A DNA stretch of 64,000 bases from a virus, in the IMG/VR virus record IMGVR_UViG_3300027806_000001, positions 64,001 through 128,000 of that record. One strand, written 5' to 3'. Positions 36,649-45,498 of the stretch are shown in pieces. Position 1 is the stretch's first letter. Every line of letters begins with the position of its first letter. The notes under the pieces were generated by a model. The model was not told where the DNA came from. It saw only the letters and a program-made list of their open reading frames with translations, and did not search any database. The position numbers and the translations under genes were made by a program.

Positions 36649-37860
36649 TCAAATGCCGAGTTTTCCAAGGTTGATGAGAGTGCCTAGCGCGGCGCCGGTG
36701 CCTTGCATGACGCGCTGCTCGGTCGGGCTGATGTTCATGAAGAGGCCGATGCCCTTGGCGGCCACTGTGCCTGCCAGCGCTCCGGCCCCAGCGCCGACCG
36801 CGGCATGCGCCACGTCCCGCACGGTGAACCACGGCTTGTCCGGCCGGGCCCGGCCCGCGCTGTTCATCAGGCCCAGCGCCTGGGCGTAGGTGATCTGGCC
36901 GTCCTGCCACTGCTCGGCCAGAGTGTCGGCCAGGTGCGCCTTGGAGAGCTGCAGGCTCAGGGGGATGGCGGAGTTGGCCTTGACGGTGTGCTCCGGCTCC
37001 GGGTCGCCCGGCACCACGGCGTTGCGGTTGATCCTGGCTATGGTGGCCCGGGACCTGGCGGCCTGGTCGGCCTGCATCTCCGGGGTGTAGTCCTCGTTCT
37101 TGACGGCGCCCAGCCTCGAGAGATCGGACACCGTGCCAGGGAAGGTGGCCAGCCATGGGGCGCTCATGCCGGCCAGCACGGCCAGCGCGCCCAGCGCCTT
37201 GCCCTTGCGCTGGAACCTCTCGGGGAAGAAGTACTGCAGGGCCGGCACCGCGGCCAGGCCCAGGGCGGACAGTCCCGCCCCGGTCACCACGTTGCCGATG
37301 CGCCTCTGGGCGTCGGCCGAGTACTGGCCCTCTCCGTACCAGGCGCCGGGGGAGTACCCCAGGTACTTCTGCAGGTCGCCCACGGTCGCGCCCTGCTTCA
37401 TGCCCGGCTGAGCCTGGGGCTGCGCCTTGCGAGCCTGGAACTCCCTGGTGGCCTTGAACATGTCGCGCATGGGGTCGGCGGCCGGGGCGGCCGCGGCGTC
37501 GCCCTCGGGCTTGGCCTTCAGAGTGTCGTTGGTCAGCTTGCCCTTGAGCCTGGAGGTGGGCCTGGTCATCTTTGAGACGGTGCCGCCCGGGGTCGGCATG
37601 CCGAAGCCCGCCCCGATCGCGGCGGGAGCCGCGGCCTTGACCCTGGACTCCAGCTCCAGGCCATGCACCACCTCGCGCGGGACGTGGATGCGGAACCCGG
37701 TGGGCTGGTGGGTCAGCCCCACGATGCCGCCCTGCTCGGAGTCGATGTAGAACTCCGCGGGAGCCTGGCGCACCAGCTGGTTGACCAGCGAGTGCTTGGC
37801 GCCGTACTGCCGCACGTCGGAGTAGCCCTTGGCCTGCTTGAGGTCCGAGACGTTCGCCAT
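36649..37860 (-). CDS. Putative multi-module virion protein
   Basis: Start MANVSDLKQA; segments bounded by KQA/KAA/KQG/KAN; Gly-zipper TMs. Confidence 0.65.
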   Translation of the reverse strand: MANVSDLKQAKGYSDVRQYGAKHSLVNQLVRQAPAEFYIDSEQGGIVGLTHQPTGFRIHVPREVVHGLELESRVKAAAPAAIGAGFGMPTPGGTVSKMTRPTSRLKGKLTNDTLKAKPEGDAAAAPAADPMRDMFKATREFQARKAQPQAQPGMKQGATVGDLQKYLGYSPGAWYGEGQYSADAQRRIGNVVTGAGLSALGLAAVPALQYFFPERFQRKGKALGALAVLAGMSAPWLATFPGTVSDLSRLGAVKNEDYTPEMQADQAARSRATIARINRNAVVPGDPEPEHTVKANSAIPLSLQLSKAHLADTLAEQWQDGQITYAQALGLMNSAGRARPDKPWFTVRDVAHAAVGAGAGALAGTVAAKGIGLFMNISPTEQRVMQGTGAALGTLINLGKLGI

Positions 37861-37861
37861 G

Positions 37862-39769
37862 TCAGTTGGTCCTCGTGGCGTAGTTCCCGTAGGGGGACCG
37901 GCCCTGGTCAGGTGGTCCAAGGACGGCCTGCAGCAGGGCGGGATCGTTCAGCAGCATCGTCATCGTGGCCGGATCGACCGCCTGGCTCAGCCTTCTGGAG
38001 GCATCGACGGTAGGCGCAGGGGACTGCAGAGCTTCCTCCCGGCTCCTGTACCAGTTGGCCAGGGTCTGGTAGGCCTGGGGATCGGAAGCGGCCAGCTCGC
38101 CAAGTTCCGCCTGGGTGCGGGAGTTCTCCGGAATCGCTCCGTAGATCGAGTCCCTGAGTTCCGGACTGACCCTCTGCAGCACATCCATGACGGCCTGCGG
38201 CGACTGGCCCAGGCCCACCAGCCTCTGGGTCAGTTCGGAGCCCAGGCCCTGCCGGTTCAAGGCTGCCTGCTCGCGGTCGAACTCGGCCCTGGCCTTGCGC
38301 TGGGAGTAGGTCTCGAGCCCCTTGAACGGAGCCGAGGCCTCCATGGCGCCGGTGGCCAGGCGGACAAATGCGTTGTCCGGAATGTCCTGCTCGAGCTGAG
38401 AGCGGATCACGTCGAGTTCCTTGGTGTCGGGATAGCTGACGTTGCCGTACTGATCCACGGGAACCCCCTGTTCGGTCGCGGATCGCAGCACATTCTCCCG
38501 GAGAGGGGCTTTGGAGAGAAGGGAGGCGGGAATGGTAAAGGCCTGCGCGGTGTTCGGGAGGCCGGTCATGCGCTGGGCCGGACCCACGGCGAGCTCCCTT
38601 GCGACTTCGCCAAAGGACGCGTTCGGATTGTCGCCCAGCAGCTCGCCTGCCGAGGAGAGGCCTGCCTCCGCACCCTGGGCGAAGTTGCCCAACCCCCAGC
38701 CGCGGCCCAGGGATCCTAAGGCGAACTGCGTCAGTTGACCCGGCACCGTCGCCGTCGCCCCGGAGCCGGAGAGGACTGCCGGAGCCATCCTGGAGCCGGA
38801 GATGGACCAGAGGGGATTGAGCGCGCTGCCGAAGGCGTTGAAGACTCCCTTGGCCCCTTGTTCACCGAACCCTGCAACCGTGCGCAAGGCGCCGGGGGAG
38901 AGCTTGGAGGAGAACTGAGGCAAGGCGAACGCCCCCTCGTACAAAGCCTTGGGGACGACCCTGCCTGCGGAGCTGACCGCCTGGCCTGCCCGGGCGACGA
39001 CCGGAGCCACCTTGGCCGGCACCGCGGACATGATTTTGCCTCCGGCGGCGGTGACGAGGTTGCCTGCCCGGGATGCCAAAGAGGGCAGCACCGCCTTGGT
39101 TGCTCCGGCTCTGCCGGCGTTGGCGACAAGGGCGGCGTTTCCCTGCCCGCCGGTGGCTGCCGCGGTCAGGGCGTGGGCTCCTGTAGCAAGTGAGGTGCCT
39201 GCCCAGTTCTGCAAGGAATTACGCGCGAGCACGGGATCCCGCTCCATGGCGTCGTACATCAGGAAGGAGTTGACGCCCGCCTTGCCTGCGTCGGGCAGGT
39301 ATTTGGTGTAGTAGGCGCCCTGATCCTCCAGGCCTTCCTGGACGGCCTGCTGGTTGTCTGTCATGTAGTTGTAGGCGATGCCTGGCCAGCTCATGTTCCA
39401 CGCCGCGCTGGCGTACGGCTGCACGGTGTCCCGCCAGAACTCCCTTGGCCTCGCGTTCCTGACGTAGGCCGGAGGCAGCAGGTCCTCCTCGGTCATCCTG
39501 CGGCCCATGATCGGAACGACCGCCGGCACGGCCTGACGACCAGGCTGATCGTAGATGCCGCCGGCGGCCCGGGAGCTGGACGCGGCGCCGGGCCGCGGCT
39601 CAGGCAGGGACGCCCCCACCGGTTCCGGTTGCCGAGTCCTTGCGTTCGACTGGACGCGGCCTGCCGGCGACATCATGCCCATCAGGTTCTGGTTCTGGAT
39701 GCTCTCCAGGGAGTTGCCGGGACCTGGGCCCTGCGCTGACTTGACGTGATGGTCGTATGGCTTGGGCAT
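37862..39769 (-). CDS. Large Ala/Gly-rich putative virion (ejection) protein
   Basis: MPKPYDHHVKSA; 635 aa. Confidence 0.6.
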   Translation of the reverse strand: MPKPYDHHVKSAQGPGPGNSLESIQNQNLMGMMSPAGRVQSNARTRQPEPVGASLPEPRPGAASSSRAAGGIYDQPGRQAVPAVVPIMGRRMTEEDLLPPAYVRNARPREFWRDTVQPYASAAWNMSWPGIAYNYMTDNQQAVQEGLEDQGAYYTKYLPDAGKAGVNSFLMYDAMERDPVLARNSLQNWAGTSLATGAHALTAAATGGQGNAALVANAGRAGATKAVLPSLASRAGNLVTAAGGKIMSAVPAKVAPVVARAGQAVSSAGRVVPKALYEGAFALPQFSSKLSPGALRTVAGFGEQGAKGVFNAFGSALNPLWSISGSRMAPAVLSGSGATATVPGQLTQFALGSLGRGWGLGNFAQGAEAGLSSAGELLGDNPNASFGEVARELAVGPAQRMTGLPNTAQAFTIPASLLSKAPLRENVLRSATEQGVPVDQYGNVSYPDTKELDVIRSQLEQDIPDNAFVRLATGAMEASAPFKGLETYSQRKARAEFDREQAALNRQGLGSELTQRLVGLGQSPQAVMDVLQRVSPELRDSIYGAIPENSRTQAELGELAASDPQAYQTLANWYRSREEALQSPAPTVDASRRLSQAVDPATMTMLLNDPALLQAVLGPPDQGRSPYGNYATRTN

Positions 39770-39877
39770 GCAGGGTCCTGTTCAGGCGGTCAATCTGGAA
39801 ATTGTACCTGCTGGTCCGCTCGGCTGCATCTTCGCAGGCCAAGGTCGGTCCTCGGCGATTTCCTGTAGAATTCCGGC

Positions 39878-40591
39878 ATGAACACGCGCGTCGACTACAG
39901 CCCCCTTCGCCAACATCTCATGGAGAAGACGGCCTTCCTGGGCGATCTGCTTGGATCAAGCAAGTACGAGCCGCAGATTCTGGAGGACGTACCGTCGATT
40001 GACGACTTCGATCCTATGACCCAGGACTACGAGCAGGCCCTGGACAAATACTGGAAGAGCCTGGGCTACTCGGACGTGCGGCGGCACGACTACGCCCCAT
40101 CAGGAACTCCGTACACCATGAAGGGCCCCGACGGCCGCTACTACGAGGCCGCCATGAACGAGGACCTGGGCAAGTGGGAGCTGACTCCCATGGGCGGTCC
40201 TCAGCACGACATGGCCGAGCACCCCGACGATCTGCCGGATACCTACAACCGCAAGGGTCCGAGCCTGGGCAGGGACAAGAACTCCATGGACTACAGCCTC
40301 CTTCGCCAGCACCTCATGGAGAAGATCGCAGCCTCTCCGGCCTGGACCAGGGCCGAGGGCAAGAACCCCGAGGGCGGCCTCAACGCCAAGGGCCGGGCCA
40401 GCTACAAGGCGCAGACGGGCGGCACCCTGCGTCCGCCGGTCACCAAGGATCGCGCCGACAAGAGCCCCAAGGACGCCAAGCGCCGGGCCAGCTTCTGCGC
40501 TCGAAGCGCAGGCCAGATGAAGATGTGGCCGGAGGCCGCCAAGGATCCGGAGAGTAGGCTCAGGAAGGCCCGCCGGGCCTGGGACTGCTGA
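39878..40591 (+). CDS. Two-module protein; C-terminal DUF6321-like basic domain
   Basis: DYS.LRQHLMEK(T/I)A twice; AW.R.EGKNPEGGLN.KGRASY...RRASFCAR...DP.SRL.KA.R.W.C; leaderless after TAGAAT. Confidence 0.7.
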   Translation: MNTRVDYSPLRQHLMEKTAFLGDLLGSSKYEPQILEDVPSIDDFDPMTQDYEQALDKYWKSLGYSDVRRHDYAPSGTPYTMKGPDGRYYEAAMNEDLGKWELTPMGGPQHDMAEHPDDLPDTYNRKGPSLGRDKNSMDYSLLRQHLMEKIAASPAWTRAEGKNPEGGLNAKGRASYKAQTGGTLRPPVTKDRADKSPKDAKRRASFCARSAGQMKMWPEAAKDPESRLRKARRAWDC

Positions 40592-40600
40592 GCCTCCGAC

Positions 40601-40648
40601 AGCTAAAAGAAAGACCCTCGGTTTTGGCCGGGGGTCTTTCTTTTAGCT
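40601..40648. terminator. Bidirectional intrinsic terminator
   Basis: AGCTAAAAGAAAGACC...GGTCTTTCTTTTAGCT inverted repeat between convergent genes. Confidence 0.85.
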
Positions 40649-40671
40649 GCTCACTCTCACTCATCGCATGC

Positions 40672-40959
40672 TCATTCGGAGACTCCTTTGCCGTCGCCGC
40701 GGCCGCTGCCACCGCCCATGCCGCTGCCGCAGACGCTGCCGTAGCCCCAGCCTCTGCCATTGCCGTCGCCGCGGCCGCTGCCACCGCCCATGCCGCTGCC
40801 GCAGACGCTGCCGTAGCCCCAGCCTGTGCCGCTGCCATCGCCGCCGCCGCTGCCGCCGCTGCTGTGGTCCCAGCCTCTGCCGTCGCCGTTGCCTCTGCCG
40901 TTGCCGCCGCCCTTGCCCCTGCCATCGCCATCACCGTGGCCATTACCTGGGTTGCTCAT
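40672..40959 (-). CDS. (Gly-X)n micro-protein, cluster D
   Basis: Leader MSNPGNG; internal 60-bp duplication. Confidence 0.7.
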   Translation of the reverse strand: MSNPGNGHGDGDGRGKGGGNGRGNGDGRGWDHSSGGSGGGDGSGTGWGYGSVCGSGMGGGSGRGDGNGRGWGYGSVCGSGMGGGSGRGDGKGVSE

Positions 40960-41240
40960 GATGAACCTCCTTCGCCGTTGCCACTGCCGTTGCCATCGCC
41001 GCTGCCGGCGCCGTCGCCGTAGCCCCTGCCGTTGCCGTAACCTTTGCCGTTGCCCCGGCCTTCGCCATCGCCGCCGCCGTTGCCGCTGCCCCAGCCTGTG
41101 CCGTGGCCGCAGCCTGTGCCGCGGCCTATGCCGTAGCCCATGCCGCTGCCCTCGCCGTCACCCGAGCCGCTGCTCCAGCCCTTGCCGTCCCCCATGCCGT
41201 TGCCCTCGCCCTCGCCATGGCCATTACCTGGGTTGCTCAT
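40956..41240 (-). CDS. (Gly-X)n micro-protein, cluster D
   Basis: Leader MSNPGNG. Confidence 0.7.
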   Translation of the reverse strand: MSNPGNGHGEGEGNGMGDGKGWSSGSGDGEGSGMGYGIGRGTGCGHGTGWGSGNGGGDGEGRGNGKGYGNGRGYGDGAGSGDGNGSGNGEGGSS

Positions 41241-41586
41241 TCGAAACCTCCTTCGGCATCCTCGAGTAGATCGGCTCGCGCAGCCTGAGGATGTAGTGGT
41301 CGCCCTCGCTCTGAGGCCCGACCTCCACGTCTATCATGGCCGCCTGCACCAGGTCGCACATCAGGGGGTGCACGTCCCTGAGGCGCAGCCTGAACATACC
41401 GGCCACGTCGCGCAGCTGGACGCCCGCCGGCCCCGCGGCCGACACCAGGGCCATCACGGCCTTCCTGCGGTCCGCCGAGCGCAGCAGCCGCCGGCCGGGG
41501 CCTGCCGCCTTGCGCCGGACCCTGTGCCGCTCGGCAAGCTGCTCGGCAAGCATGCGGAGCCTCGTGTCGATCGCCGGACCGCTCAT
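41224..41586 (-). CDS. Winged-helix DNA-binding protein (putative)
   Basis: V..LV...G..GVQLRDVAGMF.L...DVHPLM..LV.A.MI then beta wing. Confidence 0.5.
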   Translation of the reverse strand: MSGPAIDTRLRMLAEQLAERHRVRRKAAGPGRRLLRSADRRKAVMALVSAAGPAGVQLRDVAGMFRLRLRDVHPLMCDLVQAAMIDVEVGPQSEGDHYILRLREPIYSRMPKEVSNEQPR

Positions 41587-41999
41587 GCCGAGCCTCCTTT
41601 GCCGTTGCCCTTGCCGTTGCCGTAACCTTTGCCGTCGCCCCGGCCTTCGCCATCGCCGCGGCCATCGCCACCAAAGACAAAGCCATGCGCCGAGCCGTGG
41701 CCGTAGCCTTTGCCGTTGCCGTAGCCCCTGCCGCTACCGCTGCCATAGCCGCGGCCGTAACCCCTGCCGTTGCCGCTGCCGTCGCCATCACCGTGGCCCT
41801 CGCCGAAGCCGCTGCCGAGTCCATTGCCTGCGTTGCCATGGCCGCCGCCGTCACCCGTGCCATCGCCCCAGCCGCTGCCGTAGCCATGGCCGTCGCCCAT
41901 GCCGCTGCCGCGGCCGCTGCCTTCACCGCTGCCGCTGCAATAGCCGGAGCCGCTGCCGTTGCCCTCGCCGCTGCCGTTGCCGTTACCTGGGTTGCTCAT
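41583..41999 (-). CDS. (Gly-X)n micro-protein, cluster D
   Basis: Leader MSNPGNG. Confidence 0.7.
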   Translation of the reverse strand: MSNPGNGNGSGEGNGSGSGYCSGSGEGSGRGSGMGDGHGYGSGWGDGTGDGGGHGNAGNGLGSGFGEGHGDGDGSGNGRGYGRGYGSGSGRGYGNGKGYGHGSAHGFVFGGDGRGDGEGRGDGKGYGNGKGNGKGGSA

Positions 42000-42319
42000 T
42001 CGGAACCTCCTTTGCCGTTGCCCACGCCGCTGACGCTGCCGAAGCCGCTGCCGAGTCCATTGCCTGCGTTGCCATGGCCGCTGCCGTAGCCCCCGCCGTC
42101 ACCCGTGCCATCGCCCCAGCCGCTGCCGCTGCCTTTGCCATCGCCCCAGCCGCTGCCATCGCCATAGCCCCTGCCGTTGCCGCTGCCATAGCCCCTGCCG
42201 TTGCCGCTGCCACAGCCACTGCCGTAGCCATAGCCGGTGCCATCGCCCCAGCCGCTGCCGTAGCCGTTGCCCCTGCCACAACCGTGGCCGTTGCCGTTGC
42301 CACTACCTGGGTCGCTCAT
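41996..42319 (-). CDS. (Gly-X)n micro-protein, cluster D
   Basis: Leader MSDPGSG; ends GNGKGGSE. Confidence 0.7.
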   Translation of the reverse strand: MSDPGSGNGNGHGCGRGNGYGSGWGDGTGYGYGSGCGSGNGRGYGSGNGRGYGDGSGWGDGKGSGSGWGDGTGDGGGYGSGHGNAGNGLGSGFGSVSGVGNGKGGSE

Positions 42320-42648
42320 TCGGAACCTCCTTTGCCGTTGCCCCATCCGTAGCCGGTGCCCCATCCGTAGCCGGTGCCCCAGCCGCTGCCATCGCCGCTG
42401 CCGTTACCCCAGCCGGTGCCGTAGCCATAGCCGGTGCCATCGCCCCAGCCGATGCCATGGCCGTAGCCGTCGCCGCTGCCGTCGCCGTTGCCCCAGCCGT
42501 TGCCGCTGCCCGTGCCGCCGCCGTCGTTTTGGCCAAAACCGCCGCCGAAGCCCCTGCCGTCGCCATCGCCCCTGCCGCTGCCGTAGCCGCTGCCGCAGCC
42601 ATGGCCGCGGCCGCTGCCCTCACCCTGGCCGTTACCTGGGTTGCTCAT
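42316..42648 (-). CDS. (Gly-X)n micro-protein, cluster D
   Basis: Leader MSNPGNG; ends GNGKGGSE. Confidence 0.7.
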   Translation of the reverse strand: MSNPGNGQGEGSGRGHGCGSGYGSGRGDGDGRGFGGGFGQNDGGGTGSGNGWGNGDGSGDGYGHGIGWGDGTGYGYGTGWGNGSGDGSGWGTGYGWGTGYGWGNGKGGSE

Positions 42649-42959
42649 TCGGAGCCTCCCTTGCCGTTGCCCATGCCGCCGCCAGTGCCGCAGCCGTAGC
42701 CGCCGCCGTCTCCTCTTCCGCCGCATTTGCCAAAGCCATGGCCGGTGCCGTCACCGAAGCCCTTACCTCTGCCGAAGCCCTTACCGTTGCCCCAGCCGCT
42801 GCCTTTGCCATCGCCCCAGCCGTAGCCGTCAGCGCTGCCCATGCCGCGGCCGCCGCCGTAGCCGCTGCAATAGCCGGAGCCGCTGCCGTCGTTTTGGCCA
42901 AAACCGCCGCCGAAGCCCCTGCCGCTGCCGTTGCCATTGCCACTACCTGGGTCGCTCAT
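42645..42959 (-). CDS. (Gly-X)n micro-protein, cluster D
   Basis: Leader MSDPGSG; ends GNGKGGSE. Confidence 0.7.
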   Translation of the reverse strand: MSDPGSGNGNGSGRGFGGGFGQNDGSGSGYCSGYGGGRGMGSADGYGWGDGKGSGWGNGKGFGRGKGFGDGTGHGFGKCGGRGDGGGYGCGTGGGMGNGKGGSE

Positions 42960-43261
42960 TCGGAGCCTCCTTTGCCGTTGCCACTGCCGTCGCCGATGCC
43001 GTAGCCCTCGCCGAAGCCCTTGCCATTGCAGTAGCCCCAGCCGAAGCCCCAGCCACTGCCATCGCCGTAGCCTCTGCCGAAGCCATCGCCGCCGCCGCTG
43101 CCGCGGCCGTTGCCGAGGCCCTCGCCGTTGCCGCTGCCGCCGCCCATGCCTCTGCCGTTGCCGTTGCCGCTGCCCTCGCCGCTGCCGCTGCCCATGCCTC
43201 CGCCCCTGCCGTTGCCGTCGCCATCACCCTGGCCGCTACCTTGTAAGTAGTTACCCATCAT
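42956..43261 (-). CDS. (Gly-X)n micro-protein, cluster D
   Basis: Leader MMGNYLQG; ends GNGKGGSE. Confidence 0.7.
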   Translation of the reverse strand: MMGNYLQGSGQGDGDGNGRGGGMGSGSGEGSGNGNGRGMGGGSGNGEGLGNGRGSGGGDGFGRGYGDGSGWGFGWGYCNGKGFGEGYGIGDGSGNGKGGSE

Positions 43262-43463
43262 GCCTCCTCATGTGCCGAGCGTTGAGGAAGAGCAGGGCCA
43301 GCACCCAGATAACCGAGGCCAGACAGGCGGCCACCCACACGACGGTGACCCATCCGGGACTGTTGGCGCCGTCAGCCTTGAGGACCAGGTTGGTCAGGAG
43401 CCCACTCCCTGTGAGAACAAGGCACGACCGCGCCCAAATGTATTCGTACTTTCTGGTTTTCAT
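43251..43463 (-). CDS. Small two-TM membrane protein
   Basis: Start MKTRKY; two hydrophobic segments. Confidence 0.5.
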   Translation of the reverse strand: MKTRKYEYIWARSCLVLTGSGLLTNLVLKADGANSPGWVTVVWVAACLASVIWVLALLFLNARHMRRHDG

Positions 43464-44170
43464 GGCTTCTCCTTCACTTTCTCCAGCAGCTGCTGGTACC
43501 TGGCATGCGCCGAGGCAAGGCACGAGTGGTGCTCCGCGCTCAGGAGATGCGACAACTTCGCGTCGAAGCCGCACCTGTACCGGGCGGTTGTCTTGATACG
43601 CTGCGGGTCGCTCCCGTCGCGTGGCGCAGCTCGGACTGCCGACATGGATTCGATCAAGGATCCGCTGACGATCGTCGGCTGGGGTCCGGAGATGGTCATA
43701 CGGAACCCCGTCACCCAGCCGTTCCTGGACCAGACCTCTTCCGTCAGCTCCTCGGGCTTGGCCTCTTCCTCGCCTTCCAGGATCTTCCACCGGTCATGCC
43801 TGGGCTTCAGCAGCCACCAGGTGCTGCCCCAGAGGTAGCAGACCGTGCGCTCCTCCGTGCCTCCGAACGGCAGCTGCAAGGACGTCAGCCGCAGCTGCGG
43901 ATTGACAGACACCGACCACTCCTTCCTGTCGAAGACGATCGCCTGGTCCCCGATGTACCTGAGGGTCAACGTCTTGAAGACTAGCTTGCTGAAGGTGTCG
44001 TGGCAGGTGCCGACGACATCTCCGACCTTGAGCCCCCACTTGCGGGCATGCTCGGCGTCCGACCCGCGGTTGCCTGGCCTTTCGGTGGAAGCAGTTTCGG
44101 GAGCCGCCAGACGGACCGACTCGTAGCCCAGGTTGTGGAAAACCTTCTCAGCGCATTCTTCCGACCTCAT
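43460..44170 (-). CDS. Hypothetical protein (WGLKVGD paralog)
   Basis: ARKWGLKVGDVV shared with 45796-46518. Confidence 0.6.
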   Translation of the reverse strand: MRSEECAEKVFHNLGYESVRLAAPETASTERPGNRGSDAEHARKWGLKVGDVVGTCHDTFSKLVFKTLTLRYIGDQAIVFDRKEWSVSVNPQLRLTSLQLPFGGTEERTVCYLWGSTWWLLKPRHDRWKILEGEEEAKPEELTEEVWSRNGWVTGFRMTISGPQPTIVSGSLIESMSAVRAAPRDGSDPQRIKTTARYRCGFDAKLSHLLSAEHHSCLASAHARYQQLLEKVKEKP

Positions 44171-44571
44171 TGTGCCTCCTGTCCGGCCGTCACGCCGTAG
44201 GTAAAGGTGCTGACCTTCATGTTTTTATTCTCGTCGATCTCGACGCTCCTGACGATCCTGCCCTCGGAATCGAACCGCTCCTCCTTGGAGGACAGCTCGA
44301 CGGCGTCCCTGCCCCACTCAGGGTCGCTGCGAATCAGCACGGCCTTCCTGCAGACCAGCCTTTCATCGCGGTCGTAGACCTCCGTGGTGGTCCACCTGCA
44401 ATGCAGCCCTGGACCCGGGGTCTTGCAGACCACTTCGCAACCGCCCAGGACATTCCAGGTCTCAGTTCGGTTCGCGCCCATGACCAGCCGGACATGCCCG
44501 TTGGGGTAGAGGACGATGCTCTCGCCCGGACGGTACTTGCAGTGCATTGTCCTGATCGCGTTATTGCTCAT
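44167..44571 (-). CDS. Hypothetical beta-rich protein
   Basis: Short beta-hairpin-like repeats. Confidence 0.55.
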   Translation of the reverse strand: MSNNAIRTMHCKYRPGESIVLYPNGHVRLVMGANRTETWNVLGGCEVVCKTPGPGLHCRWTTTEVYDRDERLVCRKAVLIRSDPEWGRDAVELSSKEERFDSEGRIVRSVEIDENKNMKVSTFTYGVTAGQEAQ

Positions 44572-44885
44572 TTGTCCTCCTTGGTTTGCTGTTTCTTAAA
44601 CAGGTGGTTCCAGCCTCTTTCGGCGGCGACACCTTCGGGCGTGTTCACTTCGTGTCCGGTTTCGTACCGCCGCATTGCATCGTCGTAGCAAATATCCTCC
44701 TGAGCCTCGTCGCGCTGCTCGATCGCGGCGGCAAGTTCGGCGCGGAGGTGTTCTACCTCGCGCATTCCCTGCCGCAGCATGTCGCCCTCACGGCTGTTGG
44801 GCCATGCGTAGGTTCCATCCGTCTGCGCATATGCGTGGTGCAGATTCAGGAGGAAAATCGACCCTGTCTGCTTGCCGTTGCTCAT
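44568..44885 (-). CDS. Hypothetical, RDEA...GW.(Y/H)L paralog
   Basis: EQRDEAQEDIC...RGWNHLF...TKEDK. Confidence 0.6.
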   Translation of the reverse strand: MSNGKQTGSIFLLNLHHAYAQTDGTYAWPNSREGDMLRQGMREVEHLRAELAAAIEQRDEAQEDICYDDAMRRYETGHEVNTPEGVAAERGWNHLFKKQQTKEDK

Positions 44886-45190
44886 TCGGAACCTCCCTGG
44901 CCGTTGCCAAAGCCGAAGCGATAGCCATGGCCATAGCCATGGCCAACGCCATTGCCATGGTCGCCACCATAGGCGAGGCCGTAGCCGCAGCCATGGCCGC
45001 TGCCCCAGCCCCTGCCGTTTCCGCTGCCGCGACCAATGCCGTGACCAAAACCGTTGCCCTTGCCCTCGCCGTAACCCTCGGCATTGCCGCCGCCGTAGCC
45101 GCGGCGCCTGCCATCGCCGCTGCCTTGCGCAGTGCCGCCGCCGTAGCCGCTGCCGTCGCCGAAACCGGGGTCATTACTCGGGTTGCTCAT
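44882..45190 (-). CDS. (Gly-X)n micro-protein, cluster E
   Basis: Leader MSNPSND; ends GNGQGGSE. Confidence 0.7.
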   Translation of the reverse strand: MSNPSNDPGFGDGSGYGGGTAQGSGDGRRRGYGGGNAEGYGEGKGNGFGHGIGRGSGNGRGWGSGHGCGYGLAYGGDHGNGVGHGYGHGYRFGFGNGQGGSE

Positions 45191-45498
45191 TAGGAACCTC
45201 CTTTGCCATTGCCCATGCCATTGCCCATGCCGCTGCCATAGCTGCTGCCGCTGCCATCGCCGTTGCCCTCGCCGTATCCATCGCCACTGCTACGGCCACG
45301 GCCGTGGCCGTAGCCCCCGCCGTTGCCGCAGCCGTTGCCTTCACCTTCGCCGTGGCCTCGGCCGTAGCCGCCTCCGCTGACATTACCATGGCCACTACCC
45401 CTGCCATCTCCAAAGCCGCCGCCGTTGCCCCTGCCCATGCCGTTGCCCCTGCCGTCACCACCACCATCGCCCCTACCTGGGTTGCCCGGGTTGCTCAT
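45190..45498 (-). CDS. (Gly-X)n micro-protein, cluster E
   Basis: Leader MSNPGNPG. Confidence 0.7.
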   Translation of the reverse strand: MSNPGNPGRGDGGGDGRGNGMGRGNGGGFGDGRGSGHGNVSGGGYGRGHGEGEGNGCGNGGGYGHGRGRSSGDGYGEGNGDGSGSSYGSGMGNGMGNGKGGS

